A stretch of DNA of 64,000 nucleotides, from assembly GCA_963761335.1 (NCBI GenBank), contig CAVXGR010000015.1:370970-434969 (forward strand). Direction: 5' to 3'. The notes beneath the pieces are model-generated. The model saw nothing but the letters and a program-made list of their open reading frames with translations. It ran no database searches and was not told where the DNA came from. Shown in pieces: positions 17,668 through 27,046 of this stretch. How positions within the stretch are numbered: position 1 is the stretch's first letter; every line of letters starts with the position of its first letter. The position numbers and the translations under genes were made by a program. Source of the DNA: an uncultured delta proteobacterium (GTDB lineage Bacteria; Desulfobacterota; Binatia; HRBIN30; BPIQ01).

Positions 17668-18665
17668 TCATTTCCAGTGGCAGGAGGCGCAGGCCTCTTC
17701 CCCCGCGCCGATCAGCAGGGGGTCGTTGCCACGATCGCCGTCTCGATAGAGCGCCACCCGCGCCGCGGCATCGGCGATGCGCTCGTCGGCGATCGATTTG
17801 AAGCGCCAGGTGGCGGTGTCGGAGAGAGAAGCGGCGAGCCGATAGTAGACGAGCGCCTGCTGGAGGTTGCCGGCCTTGGCGTAGAGATCGCCGAAGAGAA
17901 CCAGTGACCCCTGCAGGTTGTGCGGCGCCTTGCCCTCGTTGCCGCAGATCTTGGTTTCCACCGAGGGGTTGCAGCTGGCGATGGCGGCCTCGATGTAGCC
18001 GATCGCCTCCTCGAACAGCGGGTCGTCGGGCGCCACCACCGGCGCCACCGCGCCGACGAAGGAGAAGCTGTTGAACTTCGCATAGAGCGGAATGGAATCC
18101 CGCAACTGCTGTAGCCCGAGGGCGCGCAGCGAGTCGTTGCCGTTGAGCACGCCGTTGGTGTAGGTGGCGGCGCCGCGGAAGCCGGGAATGCGCGGATCGT
18201 CGGGAAGCAGGGGCACAGCGGCATCCAGGGCCTGTTGCGCGAGGACGATCTCCTGCTTGTCGAAATCGCTGGGATGCTGGTAGCCGCGCAGGTCCTGGCC
18301 GAGCCGGTAGAAGTGCATCATGCCGAGGAGGAAGTAGGAGCGCCCGTCCGCGGGGTTCTCGGCGACGGCACCTTCGAGCAGCTGAATGGTTCCCTCGGCG
18401 CGATCGTCGACTCCCCACAGCGTGTCGAAGAAAGCGCTCTCGCCCGCCGCCGCCAGGCTGATCGCAGTCGCCGTTGCCGTGGGCAGCGGCGAGGCGGTGT
18501 CGGTCGGCGCCGGCGTGGCCGTCTCGGTCGCCGTGATCGTCGGTTTGGCGGCACGGTCGCGGTGGCCGTTGGCGCCGGCTGCGGCGCGATGCCGTCGTCG
18601 CAGCCGGCGATCGAGGACAGCAGCACGAGGGCGAGCAGGATCGGTCGGACGGTGTGGGCGCGCAT
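17668..18665 (-). CDS. Lipoprotein with Pro/Thr linker, TPR-like domain and C-terminal CxxCH; frameshift near 18545
   Basis: Lipobox SIAGC in ORF 18318..18665. PT-rich linker and domain continue in frame with ORF 17668..18321, ending CASCHWK*. Confidence 0.75.
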
Positions 18666-18725
18666 CGAGGCCCGCTATAAGAAGGTTTCGACATAGTCAA
18701 ACCGACGCTGCCGGGCTGGGTTCGG

Positions 18726-19355
18726 CCGGGGACAGTGCCTTTTGGGGGCCGTGCGGCTCGCCAGTAGACGATGAAAATGGACGGCGTCCTGATTCACTGA
18801 TCAGACGCTTGCGAGGATCTTTCCGCGCCACGGGGGCGGGGCTCATCTCCCCGGATCTGTCCTCGGGGAGAGGATCAAGGTGAGGGGTCCCTGTCACTGA
18901 AGGCTCGTGAATCTCCCCGGCTTTCACCGAGATCGGCACCCTCACCCTGAGCCTCTCCCGCCAAGTAATGCGGGAGAGGGAACCCGCCCCCGAAGCGTAC
19001 CCAATGGATTTTCGAAGCAGGCAACTTTTCGGCTACGAGATCAGCAGCGACGACACATCGCGAGCCGGAAGAGTCGCCTGCTTCGAAAATGTCTTGGGTG
19101 AAGGTCTGGTCCATGAGCCTCCCACGCACCCCGCGGCGATCATCGGCGTACAGGCGCGACATCGACGACGATTTGCCCGCGCCCCTGGAGGGGCGCGTAT
19201 GACGGAGCGCGCACTTTTCCCCGGGTTTCACCCGGGGCTAGACGCCGCCGCCCCTCCGGGGCGAACTTCGCGCAGGCGAGGAACCTCCAGATTCTCTTGC
19301 CGGGGCAGATCCCCTCTACTGGTGAGCGGCAAGGCTCATGATGCACTGTCCCCGG
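18726..19355. repeat. Composite MITE/REP cluster with perfect 13-bp terminal inverted repeats
   Basis: CCGGGGACAGTGC (18726-18738) and GCACTGTCCCCGG (19343-19355). Modules shared with 37.9 kb, 48.6 kb and 60.5 kb. Confidence 0.8.
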
Positions 19356-19395
19356 TTGCTTGAAGTCGCCCCGCACCGCGACTAAAGATGCTGCT

Positions 19396-19935
19396 ATGGC
19401 CTACGAAGAGATCGAGCTGCAGCGAGACTGTGAGGCGATCGAGATTCCCGCCGGTCACGCGATCGTCATTCCCAAGGGAACGCCGGCGGTGATCACCCAG
19501 GCGTTGGGAGGGACGTACACCTTGCAGGTGAGCGGCGGACTCTACCGCGTCGACGAGAAGAATGCCGAGGCTCTCGGCAAGGAGAGCCGCGCCGACACCG
19601 CGGCGGCGCCGGCATCCGCGGGGCCGCTGGAGGAGTCGCTCGTCTGGGAGCAGTTGAAGAACGTCTACGACCCGGAGATCCCGGTGAACATCGTCGATCT
19701 CGGCCTCGTCTACGATCTGCGCGTCGACTCGGTCGCCGGCGGCGGCAGCCGCGTCGAGGTGAAGATGACGCTGACGGCGCAGGGGTGCGGCATGGGTCCG
19801 TCCATCGCCATGGATGCGCAGCGGCGCATCGAGTCGCTCCCCGGCGTCGACGAGGCCGACGTCCAGGTCGTCTGGGATCCGCCGTGGAGCCCGCAGATGA
19901 TCTCGCCCGAGGGCCGCGCCAAGCTCGGCATGTGA
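19396..19935 (+). CDS. sufT: Putative Fe-S cluster assembly protein SufT
   Basis: ITQALGGTYT, YDPEIPVNIVDLGLVY, MTLTAQGCGMG, VWDPPW. Confidence 0.92.
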   Translation: MAYEEIELQRDCEAIEIPAGHAIVIPKGTPAVITQALGGTYTLQVSGGLYRVDEKNAEALGKESRADTAAAPASAGPLEESLVWEQLKNVYDPEIPVNIVDLGLVYDLRVDSVAGGGSRVEVKMTLTAQGCGMGPSIAMDAQRRIESLPGVDEADVQVVWDPPWSPQMISPEGRAKLGM

Positions 19936-19979
19936 TCCCGGGCGCATGGAAGGCTGTCTCCCGCCGGCCGGTGGGCCGA

Positions 19980-20029
19980 GTAGAAGCGGCGTCCCGCCGC
20001 TTCGGAAAGCGCCGAGACGGCGCTTCTAC
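19980..20029. repeat. GTAG-type REP doublet
   Basis: GTAGAAGCGGCGTCCCGCCGCTTC...AAGCGCCGAGACGGCGCTTCTAC. Confidence 0.8.
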
Positions 20030-20049
20030 GTTGGTCGTGAGCTAACCTC

Positions 20050-20925
20050 ATGATCGCGTGGCTCGTGCGCCGGAGCGCCGGCGCCGCCTTCCTCGGCGCC
20101 GCCGTGCTGCTGCTGTGCCGCCTGCCGGCGGCGGCGGCGACTCCCGACGGCGCGGCACTCTTCCGGGCGCACTGCGCCTCGTGTCACGGCGAAGGCGGCA
20201 CGGGCGACGGCCCCGACGCCTCCCTCTTCTCGCCGCCACCGGCGAAGCTGAGCAAAGACTTTCTGCAGCGCTACTCGCTCGAGGCGCTGGTGCGCCGCGT
20301 GCGCGAGGGCACGCCGCTCGACCTGCAGATGAACGTGCAGGCGCTGCGCCGCCGCGCCACCGACGTCGAGGACCTGGCGGACTACCTCCGTCGCCTCCCG
20401 GACATCGACTGGCGCCGCGCCGAGCGCGGTGAGGAGATCTACATCGAGCGCTGCGAGAGCTGCCACGGCCGCTTTGGCCACTCGCTGGCGGCGCTGCCGG
20501 CGGGAGTACGCCAGCCGCGCGATCTCTCCTCTGCCGAGGTTCGACAGAGTCTCGCGGGCGAGGCATTGGAGGTCGCGGTGCGACACGGGCGCGAGCACAT
20601 GCCGGCCCTGACTCCGCGAGTGGCGGCACGAGACGTGCCGCCGCTGGTGGCCTTCGTGAGCCTGCTCTCTCCCGGCTACGAGAAGTACACGCGCTACTGC
20701 TCCAGCTGCCACGGCGACGACGGCCGCGGCGGCCACCTCCCGGTCGACGGCCTGCGCCTACCGCAGGTGACCTTCAACCGCGCCTACTTCTCCCGCACCG
20801 ATCCCGAGGTGCTGCGCTCCCGCATCTGGCACATGGCCAAGGAGGAGAAGCCGGCGATGCCCCATTACCGCGAGCGCCTGACCCCGGAAGAGGCGGCGGC
20901 GATCGTGGAATGGTTGCGGCGGTGA
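20050..20925 (+). CDS. Periplasmic tri-heme c-type cytochrome
   Basis: Signal peptide; CASCH, CESCH, CSSCH; distal MP motifs. Confidence 0.88.
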   Translation: MIAWLVRRSAGAAFLGAAVLLLCRLPAAAATPDGAALFRAHCASCHGEGGTGDGPDASLFSPPPAKLSKDFLQRYSLEALVRRVREGTPLDLQMNVQALRRRATDVEDLADYLRRLPDIDWRRAERGEEIYIERCESCHGRFGHSLAALPAGVRQPRDLSSAEVRQSLAGEALEVAVRHGREHMPALTPRVAARDVPPLVAFVSLLSPGYEKYTRYCSSCHGDDGRGGHLPVDGLRLPQVTFNRAYFSRTDPEVLRSRIWHMAKEEKPAMPHYRERLTPEEAAAIVEWLRR

Positions 20926-20951
20926 CCCGCTCGTCTCTGCGCCTCTGCAGC

Positions 20952-22859
20952 TCACCCACCGCCTGGCCCCTCCCCGAAGACCGGGGTCACCCGCTCCCAT
21001 GCCGGAACGCGCTCGCCGGAGGGGGTGCTCTCGGTGAGCTCGGCGATGACGCCGTGCTCGGGCGCCAGGGTGATCAGGCGGATGGTGACGTCGGTGTCGG
21101 GGTGGAGCGCGAAGATCAGGGCGCGCTGTGCCGGCTGGATCGGGCGCCTCGAATCGCCGGAGATGATCTCGCCACCGCCGGCGGCGTTGAAGCGGAAGAC
21201 GGCGTTGGTCTCCGGGCCTTCCCAGTGCCCCCGCCACACGTGCGTCGCCGAGTCGCTGCAGCGGAAGTTGTCGAAGGTGATGCGCGGCTGGAAGAGCACC
21301 GGCACCTCTCCGCGCATGACCCGGTCGCGGCACCATACCTCGTACGCCCAGCCGTGCCGGCGCATCCATGACCAGTTACGCGCTTCGAGCCTGAACATGA
21401 AGGCGCGGCCGAACGTGGTCACCCGCTGCTGCCCGAGCAGGCGCGTGTAGAAGGGCGCGAGCGCCCCAACGCTCTGGTCGAAGGCGTAGATCGAGGCCAC
21501 GTCGTCCTTCGGAAACCAGTTGTCGACGCGCAACAGCTCGTAGTCGTGGTCGACGAGCTTGTGGGGGTCGAAGTGGTAGCTGATTCCCTGGTTGATGATC
21601 AGCCGCGGGTGGGGTGGCAGGGGAATGGCCTCCACCAGCGCCGAGCGCTCGGGGTCGAAGCGCTCGCTGGTTCCCTTCGGCCAGAACGCCGGTGAGAAGT
21701 AGAGCATGGCCCCCTGGAAGCCGATGACCGCGGCGGCGGCAGCGGCGACGGCGGTACGCGGCCAGCGCCAGGGGATGACATTCAGGGCGCTGGCGGCGGC
21801 CAATGCCGGGAAGGGGAAGGCCATGAGCAGGCGGTGCGTGCTGGGGGCCACGCCGGTGCTCAACAGTGTCGGCGCCAGACCGACGACGAAGCCGCCGAGG
21901 AGGAAGAGGCCGCGGCGCAGCCCGGTCAGACAGCCGATCACGGCGAGAATCAGAATCAGGGGCGGGTGCATCGCCGCCGTGCGAATCGTCTGCCAGCCGT
22001 CCAGCGCCTTGGGTGCCACGAAGGTCTCGAGCGCTGCGCTCGCCTGCGTCTCGAGCGTCTTCAACGGTGCCTCCAGATAGCCGCGTTCGAACTTGGTGCT
22101 CATGTCGCCGCCGAAGACGTTCACCGGGCGCGAGCGCAGGAACGGGGTCCACAGCAGAAGAGCGAGGAGCGGGATGGCGACACACCACAGCCGATTGCGG
22201 CCGCGCGCCAGAAGCGCGGCGCCCAGGCACAGTGCCGGCATGGCGCGGCCGGCATAGTAGTCGTAGAGCAGGAGCGTCTGCCCGAGGGTGCCGACGGCGA
22301 TCGCCGCCGCCTCCTCCCAGCCGTTGCGGCGCCGCATCACCAGGGCGGCGAGCGCGGCGATCAGCAGAAGCTCGTGGAAGACCATCTCGCCCCCGAGCGA
22401 CATGCGGCCGTAGAAGAGCGACCAGGGCAAGGTGGCGATGAAGGCCGCCGCCGCCAGGCTCGGCGCCGCCGCCAGGCCGAGGGCGCGCGCCGCCCCGAAC
22501 GCCGCCGGTGTCGCCAGCACGCTGGTCGCCATCGAGTAGCTGCGCACCGCCCAGCGCCCCGGCCCGATCAGCGGCACCAGCTGCGCCTGGAAGAGGGCGT
22601 TGAGGAGCACGGGAATGCCGGTGCAGCCCTCGTGCGCCAGGTGACCGGCCCGCATCTCCTGAGCGGCGCAGTAGAGCACCTTGGGCTCGTCCTGATCGAA
22701 GCCCGGCGGATAGCTCTCGGTGTAGACCAGCCGCAGCGAGGCGGCCACGCCGATGAGAGCGACCAGCACCGCCAGCGTCGCCATTGTCTCGCGCCGCAGG
22801 AGCCACCACAGAGCGGCGGCGTAGGCCAGTAGAATGGCGACGGTGAGGAACAGGGCCAA
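20952..22859 (-). CDS. ArnT/PMT-like (GT-C) membrane glycosyltransferase
   Basis: PPGFDQDE loop after TM2, ATLPWSLFYGR, many TM helices, periplasmic C-terminus. Confidence 0.75.
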   Translation of the reverse strand: MALFLTVAILLAYAAALWWLLRRETMATLAVLVALIGVAASLRLVYTESYPPGFDQDEPKVLYCAAQEMRAGHLAHEGCTGIPVLLNALFQAQLVPLIGPGRWAVRSYSMATSVLATPAAFGAARALGLAAAPSLAAAAFIATLPWSLFYGRMSLGGEMVFHELLLIAALAALVMRRRNGWEEAAAIAVGTLGQTLLLYDYYAGRAMPALCLGAALLARGRNRLWCVAIPLLALLLWTPFLRSRPVNVFGGDMSTKFERGYLEAPLKTLETQASAALETFVAPKALDGWQTIRTAAMHPPLILILAVIGCLTGLRRGLFLLGGFVVGLAPTLLSTGVAPSTHRLLMAFPFPALAAASALNVIPWRWPRTAVAAAAAAVIGFQGAMLYFSPAFWPKGTSERFDPERSALVEAIPLPPHPRLIINQGISYHFDPHKLVDHDYELLRVDNWFPKDDVASIYAFDQSVGALAPFYTRLLGQQRVTTFGRAFMFRLEARNWSWMRRHGWAYEVWCRDRVMRGEVPVLFQPRITFDNFRCSDSATHVWRGHWEGPETNAVFRFNAAGGGEIISGDSRRPIQPAQRALIFALHPDTDVTIRLITLAPEHGVIAELTESTPSGERVPAWERVTPVFGEGPGGG

Positions 22860-22914
22860 CGCCGGGGTATATCGAGGTTGGGTGAATGGTTGTCAAGGCG
22901 GGCCGTTGTCCCCC

Positions 22915-22962
22915 GTGCCCGTGCCCGTGCCCGTGCCCGTGCCCGTGCCCGTGCCCGTGCCC
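22915..22962. repeat. (GTGCCC)x8 tandem repeat in a divergent promoter region
   Basis: Direct reading. Confidence 0.95.
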
Positions 22963-23059
22963 GGCGCCGGGGCACGGCTCTTTTGCAAATCCGGATGCCG
23001 TTCGCGGGGGCGGACTGCTGGCTCGACCTGCCCGGTATTCCCGGTTATGAGATCCGCCC

Positions 23060-24082
23060 ATGACGCGGCTCGGTGTGGCGTTGGTGGGCGCCGGATACTG
23101 GGGTCCGAAGATCGCCCGGAACCTCGCCGGCGCCGGGGGCTGCGAGCTGCTCTGGGTCTGCGACCTGGTCGAAGCCCGGGCCGAGTCGGTCGCCATCTTG
23201 CACGGCGCGTCCCCGACGGCCTCGATCGATGCCGTTCTCGACGACCCGCGGGTCGCCGCTGTGGCGATCGCCACGCCCGCCGCCACCCACGCGGAGCTGG
23301 CGCGCCGTTGTCTGCAGGCCGGCCGGCACGTGTTGGTGGAGAAGCCGTTCGCGTTGTCAGTCGCCGAGGCCCGCGACCTGGCGGAGCTGGCGTGCAGGCG
23401 CAGGCTGGTTGCCATGTGCGACCACACCTATTGTTTCTCGGCCCCCGGTCTTGCGGTCCGCAAGCTGGTGCGGAGCGGCGGCCTGGGCGAGATTGCCTAC
23501 ATCGATTCGGTGCGAGTCAATCGCGGTGTCGTGCAGCCCGACGTCGACGTCTTCTGGGACTTGGCGCACCACGACATCGCCATTCTGGATCAGGCGCTGT
23601 CGCCCGATGAGGCAGTGGTGGCGATCCAGGCGGAAGCGTCGGATCCCATCGGCGCGGGCCGCGCCTGTATCGGCGACCTGACCCTGCAGCTGGCGGGGGG
23701 GGCGACCGCTCACGTGCGGGTCAGCTGGCTGCATCCCACCAAGGTACGCACCTTCGTCGTCGGAGGGCGCCAGCAGACCCTGGTCTGGGATGACCTCGAC
23801 CCCACTCCTCTGCGGCTGTATCCGGCGTTGCGTGGCGACAGAAGCGCGCTCGAGACGCTGCCGAATGGGCGCGCCGGGGGCGGCCCCGTGGAGATCCCGA
23901 CCTGGGAGCCCTTGAGCGAGGTGGTGCGCCAGTTCCTCGACGCGGTGCGCGACACGCCCAAGCCGATGGCGACGCTCGATGCCGAGCTGCGCGTTCTGTC
24001 GGTGCTGGAGGCTGCCTCGCGCAGCCTTCGCGACGGGGGAAGCGCCGTGGCGATCGAGGCCACAGGTGACACGCGCAGATGA
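23060..24082 (+). CDS. Gfo/Idh/MocA oxidoreductase
   Basis: VGAGYWG, HVLVEKP, WDLAHHD, SWLHPTKVR. Confidence 0.92.
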   Translation: MTRLGVALVGAGYWGPKIARNLAGAGGCELLWVCDLVEARAESVAILHGASPTASIDAVLDDPRVAAVAIATPAATHAELARRCLQAGRHVLVEKPFALSVAEARDLAELACRRRLVAMCDHTYCFSAPGLAVRKLVRSGGLGEIAYIDSVRVNRGVVQPDVDVFWDLAHHDIAILDQALSPDEAVVAIQAEASDPIGAGRACIGDLTLQLAGGATAHVRVSWLHPTKVRTFVVGGRQQTLVWDDLDPTPLRLYPALRGDRSALETLPNGRAGGGPVEIPTWEPLSEVVRQFLDAVRDTPKPMATLDAELRVLSVLEAASRSLRDGGSAVAIEATGDTRR

Positions 24083-25050
24083 AGATCGACGGCGCGCGCG
24101 TTCTCATCACCGGCGGTGCGGGGCTCATCGGCTCGACCATCGCCGATCAGCTGCTCCGGCTCGACGTTCGCGAGGTCGTCGCGCTCGACAACTTCACCCG
24201 CGGCAACCGCGAGAACCTGGCCGGCCCCATGTCGAGCGGGCGGGTGACGCTGGTCGAAGGCGACGTTCGCGACTCGCAGCTGCTGTCGCGCTGCATGGCC
24301 GGCATCGACCTGGTCTTCCACGAGGCGGCGATTCGCATCACCCAGTGCGCCGAAGAGCCGCGCCTGGCGCTGGAGGTGCTGGCCGACGGTACCTTCAATG
24401 TCCTCGACGCGGCGCGGAAGGCCGGGGCTCGCAAGGTCATCGCCGCTTCCTCGGCTTCCCTGTACGGCTTGGCGGAGAGCTTCCCGACGCCCGAGTCGCA
24501 TCATCCGTACGGCAATCGGACCCTCTACGGCGCCGCCAAGGCGTTCAACGAAGGGCTGTTGCGCAGCTTCAACGAGATGTACGGGCTCGACTACGTGACG
24601 CTGCGCTACTTCAACGTCTACGGCCCGCGCATGGACAGCCACGGCGCCTACGTCGAGGTGCTGGTGCGCTGGATGCAGCGCATCGCCGCCGGCGAGCCGC
24701 CCGTCATCCTCGGCGATGGCACGCAGACGATGGACTTCGTGTACGTCGACGACGTGGCGCGCGCCAACGTGCTCGCCGCGTCCAGCGATGTCAGCGATGA
24801 GGTGTTCAACGTCGCCAGCGGGACCGAGACCAGCCTCAACGAGCTGGCGCGTGAGCTGCTCGCGGCCATGGGCTCGAATCTCGAGCCGCAGCATGGCCCG
24901 CCGCGGGCGGTGAATCCTGTGCCGCGGCGCTGGGCGGATATTCGCAAGGCGCGCGAGCGTCTCGGGTTCGCGCCCCGCATCGATCTCCGCGAAGGACTGA
25001 AGCGCCTGGTCGCGTGGTGGCGAGACACGACACGGCGCGGCGACGCCTGA
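24079..25050 (+). CDS. NAD-dependent sugar epimerase/dehydratase
   Basis: GGAGLIG, ASSASLYG, YGAAK, LRYFNVYGPR. Confidence 0.93.
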   Translation: MKIDGARVLITGGAGLIGSTIADQLLRLDVREVVALDNFTRGNRENLAGPMSSGRVTLVEGDVRDSQLLSRCMAGIDLVFHEAAIRITQCAEEPRLALEVLADGTFNVLDAARKAGARKVIAASSASLYGLAESFPTPESHHPYGNRTLYGAAKAFNEGLLRSFNEMYGLDYVTLRYFNVYGPRMDSHGAYVEVLVRWMQRIAAGEPPVILGDGTQTMDFVYVDDVARANVLAASSDVSDEVFNVASGTETSLNELARELLAAMGSNLEPQHGPPRAVNPVPRRWADIRKARERLGFAPRIDLREGLKRLVAWWRDTTRRGDA

Positions 25051-25064
25051 AGCGAGGATCCCTC

Positions 25065-26105
25065 GTGTCGGTCGCCTGTATCGATCCCCTGTGCGATCCG
25101 CGCTGGCGGGCGCTGCTGGACCGACCTTCGGCGAGCTTGTTCCATTCGCCCGCTTGGCTCGGCGCGCTCGCCGATGCGTACGGCCTCCAGCCGCGGGCGT
25201 TCGTCGTTCTCGACGAGCAGGGGCAAGCCGTGGCCGGTTTGCCGTTCTGTCGCGTCGACGATCTGCTCGGGCACCGCGTCATATCGCTGCCCTTCTCCGA
25301 CTATTGCGATCCCCTGGTCGGAGCCGCCGCCGACTGGCCGCTGTTGTTCGAGGCGGTGGCGCGCCTGTCGCTGCCGGCTCGCCTCGCGTGGCGAGAGATA
25401 TCCGACATGGACGCGGGGGGACGGCTCGAAGTGATCAACCGCACGTGCTGGCACGGCATCGATCTCGGTCCCGAGCTGGAGCAGCTCTGGGGGCATCTCG
25501 CACCGTCGAGCCGCCGGGCGGTGCGCAAGGCCGAGCGCGAGAACGTCCGTGTCGAGACGCTTGCCGACGAGGTGCTGATCCCGGAGTTCATGCGCCTGCA
25601 CGTGCGCCTGCGCAAGTGGAAGTATCGGCTTCTCGCGCCGCCGGTGGGGTTCTTCGAAGCGATCCGCTCGCGCCTCGCGGCGACCGGAGACTGGCACCCG
25701 CTGGCCGCCGTGCAGGGCGGGCGGGTGATCGCTGTGACCATCTACCTGCGCTGGCGCGACACGCTGTACTACAAGTTCAATGCGTCTGCGCTCGGCGCCT
25801 TGGCGTCGCGGCCGAACGACGCCCTGCTGTGGGAGGGGATACGCCTCGGCAAGCGGCTCGGTTGCCGGCGTCTGGATCTCGGCCGCAGCGACGACGAGCA
25901 GCCGGGCCTGATCCGCTTCAAGCGGCAGTACGGTGCAGAGCAAGGGGAGATTCGCAGCATGCGCTACGTGCCGCCGGGCGGGACGGCGCCGCCCAGCGAG
26001 GCGCGAGCATTGTTGGATCGGATGACGGAGCTGCTCACCGATCCGGCAGTTCCGGACGAGATCAGCGCGCGCGTCGGCGCGCAGCTCTATCGCTTCTTCG
26101 CGTGA
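25065..26105 (+). CDS. GNAT / FemAB-like (CelD/BcsL) acyltransferase
   Basis: LFHSPAW, SLPFSDY, RPNDALLW, LDLGRS...GLIRFKRQYG. Start uncertain. Confidence 0.85.
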   Translation: MSVACIDPLCDPRWRALLDRPSASLFHSPAWLGALADAYGLQPRAFVVLDEQGQAVAGLPFCRVDDLLGHRVISLPFSDYCDPLVGAAADWPLLFEAVARLSLPARLAWREISDMDAGGRLEVINRTCWHGIDLGPELEQLWGHLAPSSRRAVRKAERENVRVETLADEVLIPEFMRLHVRLRKWKYRLLAPPVGFFEAIRSRLAATGDWHPLAAVQGGRVIAVTIYLRWRDTLYYKFNASALGALASRPNDALLWEGIRLGKRLGCRRLDLGRSDDEQPGLIRFKRQYGAEQGEIRSMRYVPPGGTAPPSEARALLDRMTELLTDPAVPDEISARVGAQLYRFFA

Positions 26106-26113
26106 GCGGGCCG

Positions 26114-27046
26114 ATGCGAAAAGTTCTGGTGACCGGAGCCGCTGGATTCATCGGCTCCAACCTGGTGCGGCGGCTGTTGCGCCAGCGCTGGGAGATCCAC
26201 GTGCTGTGTCGCCCGAGCTCGCGTCTGACGCGCCTGGCCGATATCGCCGGGCGCCTCGAGATCCATCGCGTTGGGCTCGAGGATCGCCGCGGCGTCCGCC
26301 GCGCCGTGGGAGCGATCGCGCCCGAGCACATCGTGCATCTGGCGGCCGCGGCGATGCACGGCGGCGTCGCCGCCGACGCGGCGCAGCAGGTGCGCACCAA
26401 CCTGCTCGGCACGATGCATCTCATCGACGCCTGCGAGCCGATCGAGTACGCGAGCTTCCTCAACACCGGCGACGCCTTCGAGTACGGACCCGGTCGCGGC
26501 CGGCGGCGGGAGTCGGCGGCCTGCTGGCCCACCTCGATCGACGGTATCAGCAAGCTGGCGGCAACGCTGTACGCGCGGCAAGCGGCGCGGACGCGGCGCA
26601 AGCCGATCGCCACCCTGCGGCCGTTCTCGGTCTTCGGCCCGCGCGACGATCCGCGCCGCCTGCTGCCGCGACTGATCGACGGGGCGCTGCGGGAGGCGCC
26701 GCTGCAGCTGTCGCAGCCGGCGGTGGCCCGCGATTTTCTCTTCGTCGACGATCTGGTCGACCTCTACCTGGAGGCAATGGGGGCAGCCGATCGCCTGGCG
26801 GGTCGGGTCCTCAATGCGGCGAGTGGTCGGCGAACCACACTGCGGCAAGTGGTCGATGCAGTTATCGAGCTGACCGGGTCGCAGAGCGAAGTCCGCTGGG
26901 GAGCGTACCCGACGGCGCCGCACGACTTGGAGAGCTGGGTTGCCGACATGTCGCTGACGTTCGAAGCTCTCGCCTGGCGCCCGCGGCACGATCTGCGAGC
27001 CGGTCTGGCGGCGACGCTGCGGTGGGCAAGGCGATCTAGTCGCTGA
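26114..27046 (+). CDS. Epimerase/dehydratase-family SDR with atypical catalytic residues
   Basis: MRKVLVTGAAGFIG, RPFSVFGP, RDFLFVDD. The YxxxK position reads DGISK. Confidence 0.88.
   Translation: MRKVLVTGAAGFIGSNLVRRLLRQRWEIHVLCRPSSRLTRLADIAGRLEIHRVGLEDRRGVRRAVGAIAPEHIVHLAAAAMHGGVAADAAQQVRTNLLGTMHLIDACEPIEYASFLNTGDAFEYGPGRGRRRESAACWPTSIDGISKLAATLYARQAARTRRKPIATLRPFSVFGPRDDPRRLLPRLIDGALREAPLQLSQPAVARDFLFVDDLVDLYLEAMGAADRLAGRVLNAASGRRTTLRQVVDAVIELTGSQSEVRWGAYPTAPHDLESWVADMSLTFEALAWRPRHDLRAGLAATLRWARRSSR

Noticed and set aside
25091..26113. Apparent 651-aa fusion ending in an epimerase
   Set aside because: The N-terminal part is an alternative frame over the GNAT gene; the real start is 26114.
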